Shown: positions 63,955 to 64,000 of the stretch, piece by piece | Position numbering within the stretch: position 1 is the stretch's first letter | Layout: each line of letters starts with the position of its first letter | NCBI RefSeq assembly: GCF_963921235.1 | Contig: NC_086109.1 | Location: 18,478,001-18,542,000, forward strand | From: Mobula hypostoma | Lineage: Eukaryota | Length of the DNA: 64,000 nucleotides | Direction: 5' to 3' | Translations under genes and position numbers: made by a program | The notes under the pieces: generated by a model | The model's input: the letters and a program-made list of their open reading frames with translations, nothing else | What the model was told of the DNA's origin: nothing | Databases searched by the model: none

Positions 63955-64000
63955 CTTCCTGTGCCTGCTCTCTGCAGCAGCCAGCTGGGCTAACATTCTG
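63955..64000 (-). CDS. CTTNBP2NL: CTTNBP2NL internal coding exon (truncated by window end)
   Basis: Minus strand reads RMLAQLAAAESRHRK followed by a GT donor (gtatta at 63954 downward), phase 0. Matches the recalled CTTNBP2/CTTNBP2NL N-terminal coiled-coil (RMLSQLAAAESRHRK). Confidence 0.9.

Noticed and set aside
1..64000. CRISPR arrays, operons or other prokaryotic systems
   Set aside because: The sequence is clearly a eukaryotic intron/transposon landscape; no regularly spaced repeat-spacer array was seen.

Overview
Vertebrate, repeat-dense genomic DNA; the repeat families suggest a cartilaginous fish, probably a ray (inference). The only recognisable host gene is the 3' part of CTTNBP2NL on the minus strand: a truncated exon at 63955-64000, a 108-nt exon at 53552-53659 and a terminal coding exon at 37945-39630. 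A repeat-poor stretch that probably represents a ~7 kb 3'UTR follows and ends at a poly(A) signal near 30730. The rest is mostly nested transposons: two near-full-length CR1 LINEs and many fragments, Rex1/Babar LINEs, a decayed chromodomain Ty3/Gypsy provirus, solo LTRs, Tc1, Tigger and hAT elements, SINEs, and four Penelope-like insertions with inverted tails and minimal hammerhead motifs. The most notable unexplained signals are: (1) an intact orphan 468-aa ORF built from a degenerate 8-residue repeat (4862-6268, minus); (2) a cluster of A-to-G substitutions resembling ADAR hyper-editing in an intronic Penelope copy; (3) ~13-bp target duplications at all four inverted Penelope insertions, one of which carries an intact hammerhead in the gene's sense orientation; (4) a ~2 kb DNA transposon with a 7-bp target duplication. 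All calls were made by eye without database searches, and repeat boundaries are approximate unless TSDs are given.
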